This document shows, in pieces, positions 10,224 to 22,082 of a stretch of DNA of 64,000 nt (positions are counted from its first letter, which is position 1; the number at the start of each line of letters is the position of its first letter). The notes below the pieces were generated by a model, which was not told the DNA's origin, searched no databases, and was given only the letters and a program-made list of their open reading frames with translations. The stretch covers positions 1 to 64,000 of the IMG/VR virus record IMGVR_UViG_3300013426_000014; one strand, written 5' to 3'. The stretch is from a virus (taxonomy: Duplodnaviria > Caudoviricetes). Made by a program: the position numbers and the translations under genes.

Positions 10224-10688
10224 TTAAAACAACGCCGGCGCTAAAGTGACGGAACGGGCGGACGGCGACGGCGAATACTCTGTACAGTCATAACCGTACA
10301 TGTTCATGAGATCCGCCAATATATGCCGGTGACAGAACTCACCGGGTTTTTCATAGCAAAGAAAGATGACCGACCCGTATGACACCGACATCTCGTTCTC
10401 GTATATGTCACGGATTCGCCTGAAATATGATTTGAACGAGTCGAATCCTTTTTTGTACAATGACTCGGCAAGTTCGGTGACATACCGTCTTTTATACATG
10501 GATTCGTCGATGACGCCGGCCTTATAGTCAGCCAGAAGCATGGCAGACGGCGCGAGAAGTTCAGACCTGAACATCCCGCCGGGCAGATCACCCTTGAAAA
10601 AATCGGGCGGATATCTCGACACCGACACCCGCATCGAATCCGTCGGCAGCTTCGGCCACATCGCGAAATATGACGTGTAGAATTTCAT
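10224..10688 (-). CDS. DUF488-like protein
   Basis: FYTSYFA...SVSRYPP...LAPS...LCYEKPGEFCHRHILA motif pattern. Confidence 0.7.
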   Translation of the reverse strand: MKFYTSYFAMWPKLPTDSMRVSVSRYPPDFFKGDLPGGMFRSELLAPSAMLLADYKAGVIDESMYKRRYVTELAESLYKKGFDSFKSYFRRIRDIYENEMSVSYGSVIFLCYEKPGEFCHRHILADLMNMYGYDCTEYSPSPSARSVTLAPALF

Positions 10689-10694
10689 GACAGT

Positions 10695-11165
10695 CTAATT
10701 ATCAGAATGTTCCCGATTCTCATACCGTATATGGCCGGTATAGATCAGGTCGAGATCGTATATAGTGTCGACGGTCGGCACATTCAGCGTCATCACGATC
10801 TTGAGATGATGCTTTATCATACCGAACACATCAGTCAGCGCCAATCCGGCAGCGAGCATCCCGCCGACATAGTCAAGGTTAAAACGGGCGGAACACAGAT
10901 ACTCGAAATACCTTAATGTCACTATGACGGATGTGCCGCCGGTCAACCTGCCAGAAAACTGCGGTTTGTCCAGATCGAACGACTCATACCCGTCGTACAG
11001 CAACGCCTCCGGATCATTGAGTAGGTTGGATTTGGATATAGACAATCCACCACCTTCCTTTATATAAAGGAATGGCGACTCCGGTGAGTTGTTATCCATC
11101 TGACGCTTAACATCCGCCGCCGGCGCCTTTCCCTTAAATTTTTTCGTCCTCGGTTTATCTGACAT
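10695..11165 (-). CDS. Hypothetical protein
   Basis: 156 aa ORF tightly packed between the PolB fragment and the DUF488-like gene. Confidence 0.6.
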   Translation of the reverse strand: MSDKPRTKKFKGKAPAADVKRQMDNNSPESPFLYIKEGGGLSISKSNLLNDPEALLYDGYESFDLDKPQFSGRLTGGTSVIVTLRYFEYLCSARFNLDYVGGMLAAGLALTDVFGMIKHHLKIVMTLNVPTVDTIYDLDLIYTGHIRYENREHSDN

Positions 11166-11183
11166 GGAAATCAACGGTTTTGA

Positions 11184-12455
11184 TTAAAACAACGACGACG
11201 CGTAAGTGAGCGTCGAAGGAACCGGCCTGTAGCCGCACGCGACGACGATACGGTTGAGCGGGTCGAGTATCAGCTTCTCGAACATAACATCCGTGTCGAT
11301 CGGCGGGGCGAACTCCGTCGGAAAGTTGTTCGGCAGGAATGAGAAAACCGGATCCGGCTCACCCGCCGGGCGGATCCGATCGTCCTTTATATAATAAAAC
11401 TTCACCTTGTCGCCCTTGCGGATCATCGAATATTTCGACTTCCACCGCTTGCCTTTGTTGAACAACGTGTTGTTGTATACGGCCGAACCGCGAACATGCA
11501 ACGGGACAGAAGCTGTGTCGTTCAGCACTATCGTCTGCTTATCCTCCAGAATGTATTTTTCATAATCATTGACGTTAAACGTCTTGCACATGTCATCCGG
11601 ACTCTGCAGAACAAACCGTGTCTTGATTGCCCTGATGTTCGCGACAATCTCTTTATAATCGACGTCCTCGTGTTTATTGATCCGTTCCAGCATGAACTTG
11701 ATGAAGCCCTTCATCGCGTCACGGCAAAATTTCGGCGTCGACCCCTGTATCACCTCGATTCCCTTATACACGATCTTGTGAAGCGGGTTAACGAATATAT
11801 CAGGCTCCTTCCACGCTATGTCACCGGTGTATTTTTTCTTCGCCAGAAATATACCGGACCTGAATATCTTTTCGAGCGCGAACTCCTCGAGACTTTCCGG
11901 ACAGTTGAACTTCTTCGCGTACTCGTCGAAGCACATTGTCAAGTACCCTTCCAAAAAATTCTCATACATGAACATAAGGAATTTTGTCTGGCGGTCGATC
12001 GGTATAGACAGCGCGTCGACCAACGGCTGGAACGATATGTACGCGGAGTCGGTATCGCCAGCGCACTGAAGCGTCTCGCCGAACTGTAGTCTGTTCGAGC
12101 ACAACATCATAAACTCGTCCGCGTCGAAATCCGGATACTCTTTTTTCATCGCGGCCGCAATCTTGCGGTGTGTATCATTATCGATATGCCACTTCTCTCT
12201 GAAGTACCAGTTAACGACATTCACCGCGTATTTGATCAAGTCCTGACCTTGAAGCGTGATTGACTCGGCGATGTCGGTGTTGGACAGCGAATAATACTGA
12301 TTCGCGAGCGCGCCATACACGCTGTTGATGAATGTCTTGGCGCCCAACTGATTGTTGTTGTTTTCGTCTGATATCAGTTTAATCCTTTCTATCTCCGCGC
12401 GCAATTCATCAAGCGTGCATGTCTCTGGATCTATCTTGCAATATTTGAACTCCAT
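11184..12455 (-). CDS. Family B DNA polymerase, C-terminal half only (split gp43-like)
   Basis: Motif B KTFINSVYGAL, SITLQGQ, motif C AGDTDSAY, KKKY, KGIE, KGDKVKF. No exonuclease domain or motif A. The upstream neighbour is a divergent gene. Confidence 0.9.
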   Translation of the reverse strand: MEFKYCKIDPETCTLDELRAEIERIKLISDENNNNQLGAKTFINSVYGALANQYYSLSNTDIAESITLQGQDLIKYAVNVVNWYFREKWHIDNDTHRKIAAAMKKEYPDFDADEFMMLCSNRLQFGETLQCAGDTDSAYISFQPLVDALSIPIDRQTKFLMFMYENFLEGYLTMCFDEYAKKFNCPESLEEFALEKIFRSGIFLAKKKYTGDIAWKEPDIFVNPLHKIVYKGIEVIQGSTPKFCRDAMKGFIKFMLERINKHEDVDYKEIVANIRAIKTRFVLQSPDDMCKTFNVNDYEKYILEDKQTIVLNDTASVPLHVRGSAVYNNTLFNKGKRWKSKYSMIRKGDKVKFYYIKDDRIRPAGEPDPVFSFLPNNFPTEFAPPIDTDVMFEKLILDPLNRIVVACGYRPVPSTLTYASSLF

Positions 12456-12571
12456 AATTATTCAGACTCAATTTAATCTGAATATTATATTGGTCACAGA
12501 CGTTTATATTTTCGCCGTTTCGCCCCGTGATACGATAAATATCAGGTAAAGTATTAACGGCTTATCCTATA

Positions 12572-14164
12572 ATGAAAGACGTAACGCGTGACATATATTC
12601 AGACCCGTTCAAGTCGATCACCGAAGTGGCGGATCCGGGGCTGAACTCACTGACGGAATCGCTCGGCATCGACGACAGAAAAGAAACGGAAATCCTGAAC
12701 GAAGCGGGACAGTATTTCGGCGTCGTGCCGCATGACCTGATGCATATGAATCTCGACTTCGACAAGCTAAAGAAAATCGGTCTCGGTGGACTCGGCGCGC
12801 TGGCCGGCGCCGGAGTGTTGGCGGGCAAGGGGATGTCGAACCTGATAAAGCGGTTGCTCACCAAAGAGGGGGCGAAACGCGTATACAGACGGATCGAGGA
12901 GTTGAAGGCATATATATGCGACGGCGAGTACGCCGACAAGCTCCGTCTTACCATCACAATGCGCAATGGAAATCAAGTCAACACGATACGTTCATATGAT
13001 CAGATTGTCGACGCTTTCAAGAAAAACATACAGGACGATCTCGACCAGTACGCGGCGTCCGGCGTGACGAAACGCAAGATTAAAGAAAGTATCGACGAGG
13101 CAGATGAAGTGACGGTCCGCCGTGACGAATATAAGGGAAGCAACACACAGAGCAGACTCATCGATAGATCGACGATGATGTATCTTATCGGAAAGTACAG
13201 CAAGCTGATGCGTCTCGTCAACAAGGAGTTTCCGGATCTCCGCAACGGCGGTTACGGGTATTCCGGTGGCGGTTACGGGGAGGGTGACGACCTGTACGAC
13301 ATGATAAAGCGGACGTGCGAGAAAAACCTTTCACATTCCGACCGGTATATCGACAAGCTTATCGAGAAGTTCGAGAAGAAATTCACGATAAAGAAACTAT
13401 TCAACAAGGACAACCCCGGAAACGAGCGGGCGGTGGCGAAATGATCCGCCGCGCTGCATTCGGCGTGGGACGCGAAGAAGCAGGACATAATGGCAAGGTA
13501 TAACCAGATACCGCGCGACATATGCAGAAGCACTGAATTCCTTGCCATGTACAAGCTGCTCGTCAAGCTTTACCGGAACATGCCTGATTCGAGATACGAT
13601 GTCGACACTATAATGGCGGAGATAAAGAAAGCCGGGGCGGCAGCGCTGCAGTCGATGTTCAACGGGGACTGGTATACGGTAAACCCCGGAAACAACGCGG
13701 TGGTCATCGGGGTAGATAACACAATGGGTAACCAGACGCTTTACAACGCGTTCCTTAATGCGGTCGACGCGGGCGAGATAATAAACAAGTTCAACAAGTC
13801 ACACAAGACCGACTACAAATACGGTAATGAGAACGCGTATTATGTCGTCAGGATGGATTCAGGCAAGACGAAGCAGAAGCCGGCGCCGATGCATCTCGTC
13901 AGCCAGTCCAACCCGCATCTGTTCGCGAAAGAGCTCCCGCAATCGTTGATAAGCAACCCGGCGCAGGCAGACAAAGGATTCTTCAACGACAGGGTGAAGC
14001 TTTACTACACCGCGTCGATGGCGGGGCGGAACGGCGACAACCCGCAAGACATCAGGATAATGTTCGATCTGTCATGGGACGCGCCAATACAGAAGAAATA
14101 TGCGGATGTGTTCGGCAATCCGGGCGGGAACAACAACGGAAACAATGGCGGGCAAAACCCGTAA
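12572..14164 (+). CDS. Hypothetical late protein (530 aa, 1 TGA=Trp)
   Basis: Track ORFs 12572..13444 and 13490..14164 are in one frame, separated only by TGA 13442-13444 (AVAK*SAALHSAWD). ATAAATA at 12535-12541. Confidence 0.75.
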
Positions 14165-14185
14165 CGGATTACATATATAATTAAT

Positions 14186-15229
14186 ATGAACAACACACAA
14201 AAAGAGATACAGCTGTACAACCAGACGGCGAACATGTATAAGCTTGTCAGCGATGCGATATACAGTATTGAGAACGGTGACGACTGCCTGTACAGTCCGG
14301 ATCAGCTTGATCTTTACATCGGGCGGCTGCAGGCGAATCTGAAAAAACTATGCGGCACGATGTTCTTCGATAATCCGAACGTCGCGAGGTGGATCGATGA
14401 CGCCGCGGCGTTCAAGGACGCGGTCGGAAGGATTCGCGGTTATGACGCGCTCGAGGCGGCGGCGCCGTGGATAACAAAGACTTACAACGCGGCGGTGTCG
14501 AAAAGCTCGTCACCGAATCTCAAGTCGAGACGGCTGACACCGGACGACACGAGACGGTTTATCGGCAGGATAACGTCAGGCGACTCGATACGGCGGTATA
14601 AAAACAAAATCAACGCGCTGGCAATGCGTTCCATGACGGACGCTATGCTCGTGAAACTCGTGAACTCGGTCTTGTTCTCGTCTAACTCGACGCCATTGTC
14701 GGAATCGCTCACATACGGCAACGACAGATTGTCACTGCATGAGGGATTCTTTAACCCATACGACATGGATGACGATGATGACAGAAAGAAAATAAGGATC
14801 GAACCGGCGGTGAAGAAACCGGGAATAGTAAAGAACGTCCGCATGTGGAAGTCGAACAGACGGGACAAAACTGTATACAAGAACGGCAGAATGTACGCCG
14901 GCCGGCTGTATTCGGCGGACGACATTGTTGACGAGTGCCCTGTTTATGAGCTCAGCACATCGGATCTGTATTCCCCACGTATACGGGACATCGCGATACT
15001 CATAGATCCGGAGACGAGACGTTACGGCGTGCCGATGGGCATGGCGAACTATTACCGGACATCAGACGAGACCGGGACAAAGCCGAATATTGATTACGTA
15101 TACAATCCAGACGAAGGCATCATCCGGATATACGCGACGAGAAAAATCCGGATCGGCGACGAGCTTGTGATGAAATCGGACATGCCAGAATACGAGAACG
15201 GAATGAAAGATTATCAATTTAGATATTAA
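14186..15229 (+). CDS. Protein with C-terminal degenerate SET-like domain
   Basis: GRMYAGRLYSADDIVDECPV...MGMANYYRTS...PNIDY...IRIYATRKIRIGDELV follows the SET pattern, with NHS replaced by RTS. Confidence 0.6.
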   Translation: MNNTQKEIQLYNQTANMYKLVSDAIYSIENGDDCLYSPDQLDLYIGRLQANLKKLCGTMFFDNPNVARWIDDAAAFKDAVGRIRGYDALEAAAPWITKTYNAAVSKSSSPNLKSRRLTPDDTRRFIGRITSGDSIRRYKNKINALAMRSMTDAMLVKLVNSVLFSSNSTPLSESLTYGNDRLSLHEGFFNPYDMDDDDDRKKIRIEPAVKKPGIVKNVRMWKSNRRDKTVYKNGRMYAGRLYSADDIVDECPVYELSTSDLYSPRIRDIAILIDPETRRYGVPMGMANYYRTSDETGTKPNIDYVYNPDEGIIRIYATRKIRIGDELVMKSDMPEYENGMKDYQFRY

Positions 15230-16137
15230 TGAGAACGAACAGAAAAACCCATACTATGTTGAATCCACGTGGCAAGAGCCTTTACGAAGGTTTCGATTTG
15301 TCCGGCGGAAACGAGACGGACTGAACTGACACGATGTCAGATGCAGACATCAACGCACAGATTGATTACATGCGTGGAATGTCGCTGTCATTACAAACAC
15401 AGATGAATACGACCGCCGATTCATACGCGGTGCCACCGAAGTTCAATGATGACGTGGTGAAAAATCTCGAAAGAATATATGATAACAGCAACAACAGTCC
15501 CGCGAGCAATTCATATTCATATGTGTTTGATCGGGACAATCTTATGGTATACAAGGCGATGCCCGGCATAATAATGGATCCGCAGACATTTATAATGGGC
15601 ACGCCGGAAGCTGATTTCAGCGGGATGATGCGGGAATCGAAAACTTGAAAAAAATACTTCGGCAAGATGAATGTCACTCTGGAGGACAGAGTCAAGTTCA
15701 TATCGGATTGCGTGATGTCGCTGCCACCGCAGCTCGCCGTCGCGAAGGAACACATACAGAGCGTCATGCCGGATGTCGATATCGACTGTGACGCCGATGA
15801 CCAAAATGACTTTGAATTCTCTCTCGCCGCCGACATATTTGCGATAGCATGGCAGTGGAAGAAAATACGCGGTATACATCCATGGACAGGATACACCGAA
15901 GTGTTTGCCCCCGCGGCAGACAGATGGTTTGGATTTTTTATCACGGATGCTGATGCGTTCGAGCCGGATGGACATTCTTCGCTGAGCGACATCGGCGTGT
16001 TCGGATCGATGAATCTGACGAACATGTTTGACCGAATCCCGTCAGAATTCGGAATGGAAAAAGATAATGGCAGATATAAACTATTTTACTCATTAAGACG
16101 TATGTCCGATTACCTAATAGAAAATCACGGACTGTAA
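15229..16137 (+). CDS. Acidic-cassette family protein (302 aa, 2 TGA=Trp)
   Basis: ATG overlaps the upstream TAA. SLYEGFDLSGGNETD*TDTMSDAD cassette. TGAs at 15322-15324 and 15646-15648 join the track ORFs in one frame. Confidence 0.8.
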
Positions 16138-16160
16138 TAAATTATTTCGCACATACATTC

Positions 16161-16190
16161 ATCCGGTATTTTATAATACCGGATTTTTTT
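16161..16190 (+). terminator. Intrinsic terminator
   Basis: ATCCGGTATT-ttat-AATACCGGAT followed by a T run. Confidence 0.8.
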
Positions 16191-16226
16191 ATTATATTCG
16201 CGTCATAATCAAATTTATGAAATTTT

Positions 16227-16892
16227 ATGGTCAACGATTATGAGCAAGGACTTACATCCAACGGTTTCGAAGGAATATTCGACTGCCCGGATGGATGTGA
16301 CATGGAGGACATAACGGTCCCGGCGATGGAAATGATTGAAGACACGCTCGAGCGTGACATGATCGACAGGTGGATGCGGCTGCACACGACACGCAACCGT
16401 AAGTACAAGCATTCGATAAAGGAAAATTATGATCTTGACCGTATAAAAACGGAGCTCGAGCGCATGACGCCCGCCGGCCTTGATGACGCGATGGTCCGTT
16501 ATTCGATCGACCGCCACGGCAGGATCAATGTATACGGGGACTGCATATTTCATGACCACAGATGTCACATGAAGATGGCGGAACTACCTTTTTATATAAG
16601 GTTCAATATCATAAAAGGCGATTTTTACGCGAAAGATATCGGTGTGAAAAACATGAACGGATTCCCGTCGAAAGTGTACGGTGATTTCGACGTGTCAAAA
16701 AACAGGCTGAAATCTTTGAAAGGCGGGCCGTTCTTTGTCAAAGGCATGTACAATGCGGCCGATAACAATCTCAGATCACTCAAGGGCATGCCGTCCGAAC
16801 GACTGGTCAAATTCGGAAAATCGTCAACACCGATCCGCGATATAAAAAAACCGTGCAAACTGAGTCGCTGTATCGGTCGGTCTATTCTCTAA
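16227..16892 (+). CDS. Phage LRR-like repeat protein
   Basis: Repeats GDFYAKD..VKNMNGFP, GDFDVSKNRLKSLKGGP, GMYNAADNNLRSLKGMP. Confidence 0.7.
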   Translation: MVNDYEQGLTSNGFEGIFDCPDGCDMEDITVPAMEMIEDTLERDMIDRWMRLHTTRNRKYKHSIKENYDLDRIKTELERMTPAGLDDAMVRYSIDRHGRINVYGDCIFHDHRCHMKMAELPFYIRFNIIKGDFYAKDIGVKNMNGFPSKVYGDFDVSKNRLKSLKGGPFFVKGMYNAADNNLRSLKGMPSERLVKFGKSSTPIRDIKKPCKLSRCIGRSIL

Positions 16893-16970
16893 TGGTTACG
16901 TCATATTTTTAATGACATGTCGACCTTGTTGAAAATAAATACAATGTAAAAAGACAAGGCAACAGTCGTT

Positions 16971-17459
16971 ATGAAAAATTACGCGACCGCTTATAAGAAT
17001 AGCAAAACCGCGGTGAACGAAGCACGGGCAATTGATATAGACAAGGAACACCGTGTCATTCTCGAAGCGGTGAAGAAGGAGTTCGGCATCAGTAACTTCA
17101 ACGAGCTGTCAGACGACGACAGGTCGATGTACAAGTCGCTCATACTTGAGTACTGGACCCCGACGGCCGGCATGACAGAAAACGGCCGGAAATTCCTCAA
17201 CGAGAGCAAGATCGTGTTGTCGCCTGAATCAACGGACGAAGTGATCAAGCGTTATTTCCAACGTGAGGTGAAGAATGACGCGACAAATTATATGTACGGC
17301 GTACTCAGCGGAAACACGAACGGGCAGAGCGCTGTGAATCTCAAGGCCGGGATTGAAGAGCAGATCGGTAGACGTCTTTCATCAAAGGTAGTCAAAGAAT
17401 GACTGTATGAGGTGTTGTACAAGCATTTGCAGTCAAAAGTGAAATCACTTAAGTTCTAA
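16971..17459 (+). CDS. Hypothetical late protein (162 aa, 1 TGA=Trp)
   Basis: Reading through TGA 17400-17402 gives VVKE*LYEVLYKHLQSKVKSLKF and a TAA 3 nt before the next ATG. ATAAATA at 16935-16941. Confidence 0.75.
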
Positions 17460-17462
17460 TAT

Positions 17463-17972
17463 ATGGCCAAATTCAACAAGGATGAGTTTAAGGCCGGCAT
17501 CAAGGACGCGGTCGAAAGCGCTATCCTTAAAGGTTTGATAACCAAAGAGGATATAGAGAACAAAGATGAAGACCGGCTTAATGGGTTTATAATGTACCAG
17601 CTCACGCAGGCGCTGGAGGACCGCAAATGGTGTGTTGACGTCCTAAAGGATTTCAATTATGATGAGAAAGCAAGTTGGGACCGTCTACAGGAGAAATACG
17701 GCAAGTTCAGGTCACTCGCGGATGTCGCGCTGATAAACCTGTGGAAATTTCTCGAGAATGAAGGAGTGACATCATATGACTCATATGAAGGCGTGATGAA
17801 AAACGCTTTGTCAAAAGGTGACGACACACTACTCGGCAGGATAGCAGCCGACACAGAGTTAAAGACCGATGTTGACGATAAAAGGCAAAAAAGATATGGA
17901 CCTGATATCGACAATGATGATCATGACGCGTATACAGATGAGTCGTGAAACCGCCGGACAATAAGACGTTAA
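17463..17972 (+). CDS. Hypothetical protein (1 TGA=Trp near the C-terminus)
   Basis: Track ORF extended through TGA 17946-17948 to TAA 17970-17972, just before a terminator. Confidence 0.65.
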
Positions 17973-17993
17973 TCGTATAAAATCATATTAAAC

Positions 17994-18022
17994 AAAAAGG
18001 CACGGAATTTATCCGTGCCTTT
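17994..18022. terminator. Bidirectional intrinsic terminator
   Basis: AAAGGCACGGA-attta-TCCGTGCCTTT between convergent units. Confidence 0.8.
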
Positions 18023-18051
18023 GTTATATTATTATTGTCTGTCTGCAATTA

Positions 18052-18228
18052 TTATTCTGGATTGTAATCACAGCCTTTCTTGTAACGCTCGCCGTAATAA
18101 TCGGGAAGGATCTCATGTATCCTGTCGATTTCCAGTTTACACAGTCCTGCTACTTTGAACAGTCTGCCCAGTCTGCCGTCGATTTGTTCCGGTTGATGTC
18201 AGTTCACCGGAATCAAAATCATGATCAT
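18052..18228 (-). CDS. Possible small protein (58 aa, 1 TGA=Trp)
   Basis: MIMILIPVN*HQPEQIDGRLGRLFKVAGLCKLEIDRIHEILPDYYGERYKKGCDYNPE fills the gap between the GNAT gene and the terminator. Confidence 0.35.
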
Positions 18229-18239
18229 CACTTTTATCG

Positions 18240-18599
18240 CTATTTGATATCCAATCGTTTAACCATATATACGCATCCGTCATCATCCGGAGCAGTCATC
18301 TGCCTGTATCCGCGCCGGCGGTACCAGTCCTTCATCCAGCTGTCAGACTCGACGGCGAGTGAAGTCTTGTTCGATTTCAGCCGTTTCATCGCGTACTCCT
18401 CTGCGAAGTCAAGCAATTTGTCCGCATATCCGTTGCCGCGGGCGGATACATGTGTATTCAACGCGTGTATAAATGGAATGTCATCATTCTCTGATACAGA
18501 CATGCGGACGAAGCCAAGCCCATCCGGACGAACAAACGAATAGACGATGCCGTCATCTGGTGTCTTGGTTATGTATATAAGCAGTTTGTCTTTGCCCAT
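18240..18599 (-). CDS. GNAT-family acetyltransferase
   Basis: IHALNTHVSARGNGYADKLLDFAE acetyl-CoA motif and WYRRRGY. Confidence 0.85.
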   Translation of the reverse strand: MGKDKLLIYITKTPDDGIVYSFVRPDGLGFVRMSVSENDDIPFIHALNTHVSARGNGYADKLLDFAEEYAMKRLKSNKTSLAVESDSWMKDWYRRRGYRQMTAPDDDGCVYMVKRLDIK

Positions 18600-19066
18600 T
18601 ATTTCAACATTAAAATTTCAATCGCCTTCCGCATGACCGCCGGCGTCAACCCAGTTTTCGGATCGGTCAGCGCGACATGTTCCTCCTGCTCCGGCAAGAA
18701 CTCATCGCAATCATCTATGATGCAGTAATTGTCGGTATCTGGATCATATCCTTTCTCGTCGAGATACTTCTCGATCTCGTCACCCCTGACATATATGTCG
18801 GGCTCAAGAAACGGAGTGCGGTCATAATCATTCGGCAGGCCGATATTTCTGAACGTATCGACAAGCAATCTGTCTGTACGCCATGACGACGATATCACAA
18901 GCCGCGCGGCGGTCAGCTTCAATATGTCATTGACCCTGCCGACGCACAACGGATCAAAACAACACAACGGAAACGCCGGCTTCTGATCAGCCGGCATATT
19001 CCGTAATTTCACGTACCACGTGTCATGGTTAAGTACGCCGTCTATGTCGAGAAACAGATATCTCAT
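18599..19066 (-). CDS. HAD-superfamily protein
   Basis: YLFLDIDGVLN, VISSSWR, RGDEI, IIDD motifs. Start re-placed at ATG 19066. Confidence 0.85.
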   Translation of the reverse strand: MRYLFLDIDGVLNHDTWYVKLRNMPADQKPAFPLCCFDPLCVGRVNDILKLTAARLVISSSWRTDRLLVDTFRNIGLPNDYDRTPFLEPDIYVRGDEIEKYLDEKGYDPDTDNYCIIDDCDEFLPEQEEHVALTDPKTGLTPAVMRKAIEILMLK

Positions 19067-19073
19067 GAAAATA

Positions 19074-22040
19074 TTATGCGGTCCCTGCCGGTTTTTTTCA
19101 TTTCGGCATCTCCGGGTAGTGTTTTCACACAACATCGACAAGCCTACCTGCTATCTTCCTGTCACGGTTCTGCTTGCCCGGACGCTGGTCATTCCCGTCG
19201 ACGTCCTTGAACAGCGGCGCGATCCTGATGGCGATCTGCTTCCGTTTCGTGTCGTTTATATAGGACGATCCAGTCCTGTACAGAACCGGTCCGATTTCGC
19301 GGACGAGATCTGTCCTGACATTACCGTCCTTATCGAGCGCGTATCTCGACAACGTCTTATCCGCATGGATGTCTTTGTATATCGGGCCGGTCTTGTCACA
19401 TATCCACGGTATGACGTTCCTGTTGATGTAATCGTCATTATCCATGTTGCGTTTCTCTATATAACTGTGTTTCAGATTTTTGTTACCAAGCAACGAGTCG
19501 TCCGCGTACTCACCAGATAAGAAACGATACGGCTGCATCGTCTTGTTGAATACCTTACAGAATTCATCATTCGTGAAATTGCCGATATCAGGGCGTTTCG
19601 TGTCTATCGGATCAAGCGGAACGAACTTTCCATCTTTTTCCTCCGCGATCGTATTCATACCGATATTGTCGGCGCACAGGCGGATCCACGTGCCGAACGA
19701 CGCGTTCAGGAACTCAGCGATCTCCTCCTTCGACGCGGACCCCGGGCGGTCAGACGGCAGGAATTCAAGCCGGCTGAACAGACCCTTGATATAATACGGT
19801 TTCGTGCGCCGCTTGTTGTAATGCACGGCGATGTCCTGACCCTGCAGCGTGTTCGGGTTAAGCATGAACAGCGGCTCATTCTTCAGCACGGTCATGTTCC
19901 CTTTCCTCCGGTCCTCATCGCTCTTGAAATATCCGAAATCACCGAAGAACACGAGAACTTTGCGGTCGCCGACCGAATCCTCGTTGTACTTCTGTATCTC
20001 CTTCTGTATCGACCTTTTCTTCGACGCGATCTCCTTCCGTTTCGCCTCGTACTCATCCGTTCCTTTCGTCAGTCCGACGAGCTCTTTCTTCAGCGCGTCG
20101 ATCTCCGCCTGTATTTTCTTGGACTTCTTCGCGCGAATCACGTTCTCCCTCTCTATCATCTCATTTATGCCGCCTTTCGCGTTAAGCTGCTTATACGACA
20201 TTGCCTTGATGTTGGTGACATGACATTTTTTCGCGTTGGTCGTATTGGAGCCGAGACGGACGTCAAACAATCTCCGCGACATCACCGGCATGTATGTAGG
20301 CGTGAACGCCTCCGCCGCCGTCTTGAACCAAATGTGGTTGATCACTATATCATGGACCGTCTCGATCGTCGTGCCGGTCACTGATCCGTCAGATCCAGCC
20401 GCGGCGTCGACTATATCCGCGTTCGCGATCTTGCAGAATGTCTCGGCCAGTCCGGCGTCGCCACCCGCGTCCTCGACCGCGGCAGATATGATGTCCTTCA
20501 CCTTGTCGATATTCTCCGCCGTCGCCGTGCAGTCGAACATCAGGACCTCAACCGACCCGGCCGCCGCGTCCGTCGCGTTATGCAGATGATCGGATATGCC
20601 GTTGACTACGGCGCCCTCGACGCCCTTGTCAGACAGCGTGCTTGTCACCATTTTTGTGAACTCCTTCATCGACATCGATCCCGGCAGACGCCGTCCGTCA
20701 ATAACGAACATAAGGTTATCTCCCTTGTATGTTCCTGCCATCGCGTCCTGCATCGCGTTTGACGATTTGAACGGGGAGTCCGCTATATTATCCAGCCATT
20801 CTTTCGCGGAATCCAGTTTGTCCGCCGTGACAGTGAACTTATCCTTCAACCTGTCGAACACGTCCGCTATATATGACTTCGCATCTGACCCGTCATAATT
20901 GACGCCTGTCTTCGCGAGCAGGTTCTCAAACCCACTGGTTCCTTCCGGCGATCCGGAAAGGCCAGCGGAATCAATGCCGTCGATCTGTTCAAATCCTTTG
21001 TTCACCTCGACGATCCGCTCCTCCACTGTATAATGCGCGAAATCCTTGCCCGTGAATTTTTCTATCATCCGGTTGAACCAGTCCTCCGCCGTGTCGAACA
21101 CCTTGTCTAATCCGACCGCCGCGCAGAAGTCCTTGAAACCGGCAGTCAGCCATTCCCTCACCACACCGATCTGGAACACAGCCGGAATGCCGATGACAAG
21201 CAGCAGCTGGAAGCATGTCTGGAAATTGAAGAACTTATCCTCCTCCGCCTTGTTCACCCACCTGCTGAGCAAGACCTTCGCCGTGCCGCGACCGACCCAC
21301 AGTATCTTGCACGCCAGCGTCGTGACGGCGACGGCAGAAGCGGACGCGCCGAACCCGGCGACAAGCACGGGGATAACGACCGTCACGACGACGGAGCCGA
21401 GTATCGAGATCAACAGCGTCTTCCACATGCTGAGCCCGCCCGGATACCGGTAACCGAACACCGCCTGAAGCCCCTTGCTGTTACGTCACCGTTCCTTCCT
21501 GTCGAGATCACCTTCATCAAGCGCAGACTCATTAAGCGCACGCCACCCATTCAGCGACGCTACCGATTCAAACAGATCGACGTCAGCGAGCGACCTGTCA
21601 GAAAGCTTTGACTTCACGTAACCTTCCAGCAGGGCGTACGTGTCATCGCCGAATCCGAATCTGCTGAAAATCTCCGATATCTTGTCACCGAGTCTCGACA
21701 TGAGCTCAATGAACTTCTTGACGAGCTCACTGACTTTTGTGATCGCCTTGTCCTTCAGCGCCGTAAAGAATTTCTTCAGCGCCGTATATCTCGCGGCGGC
21801 GGACGATTTAACAGAGTTTCACTTATCCTTCAGCGAGAACTCGTTTAATATCTCAGATTCGAGCACCGCGAACATCGCGCTCACCGCCGCCTGTTCGTTC
21901 AGGTCGAGCATGATGTCATATGAGTCACGAGAGTATCCCTCTATGACAGGGCACAGCGCCATGCGGCGGCTGTACAAGTCAATCTTATGGAAAACCGAAT
22001 CAAGCGCGGACGCGTTGTTCAGCAGTATGGACTCGTTCAT
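19074..22040 (-). CDS. Large hypothetical late protein with hydrophobic segments (988 aa, 4 TGA=Trp)
   Basis: Three track ORFs in one frame joined at TGA 21819, 21486 and 19125, plus one more TGA before TAA 19074-19076. ATAAATA at 22063-22069. Confidence 0.75.
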
Positions 22041-22082
22041 AAATACACGTTTTGTTACGTGATATTTATCCGGCGGCGTAAA

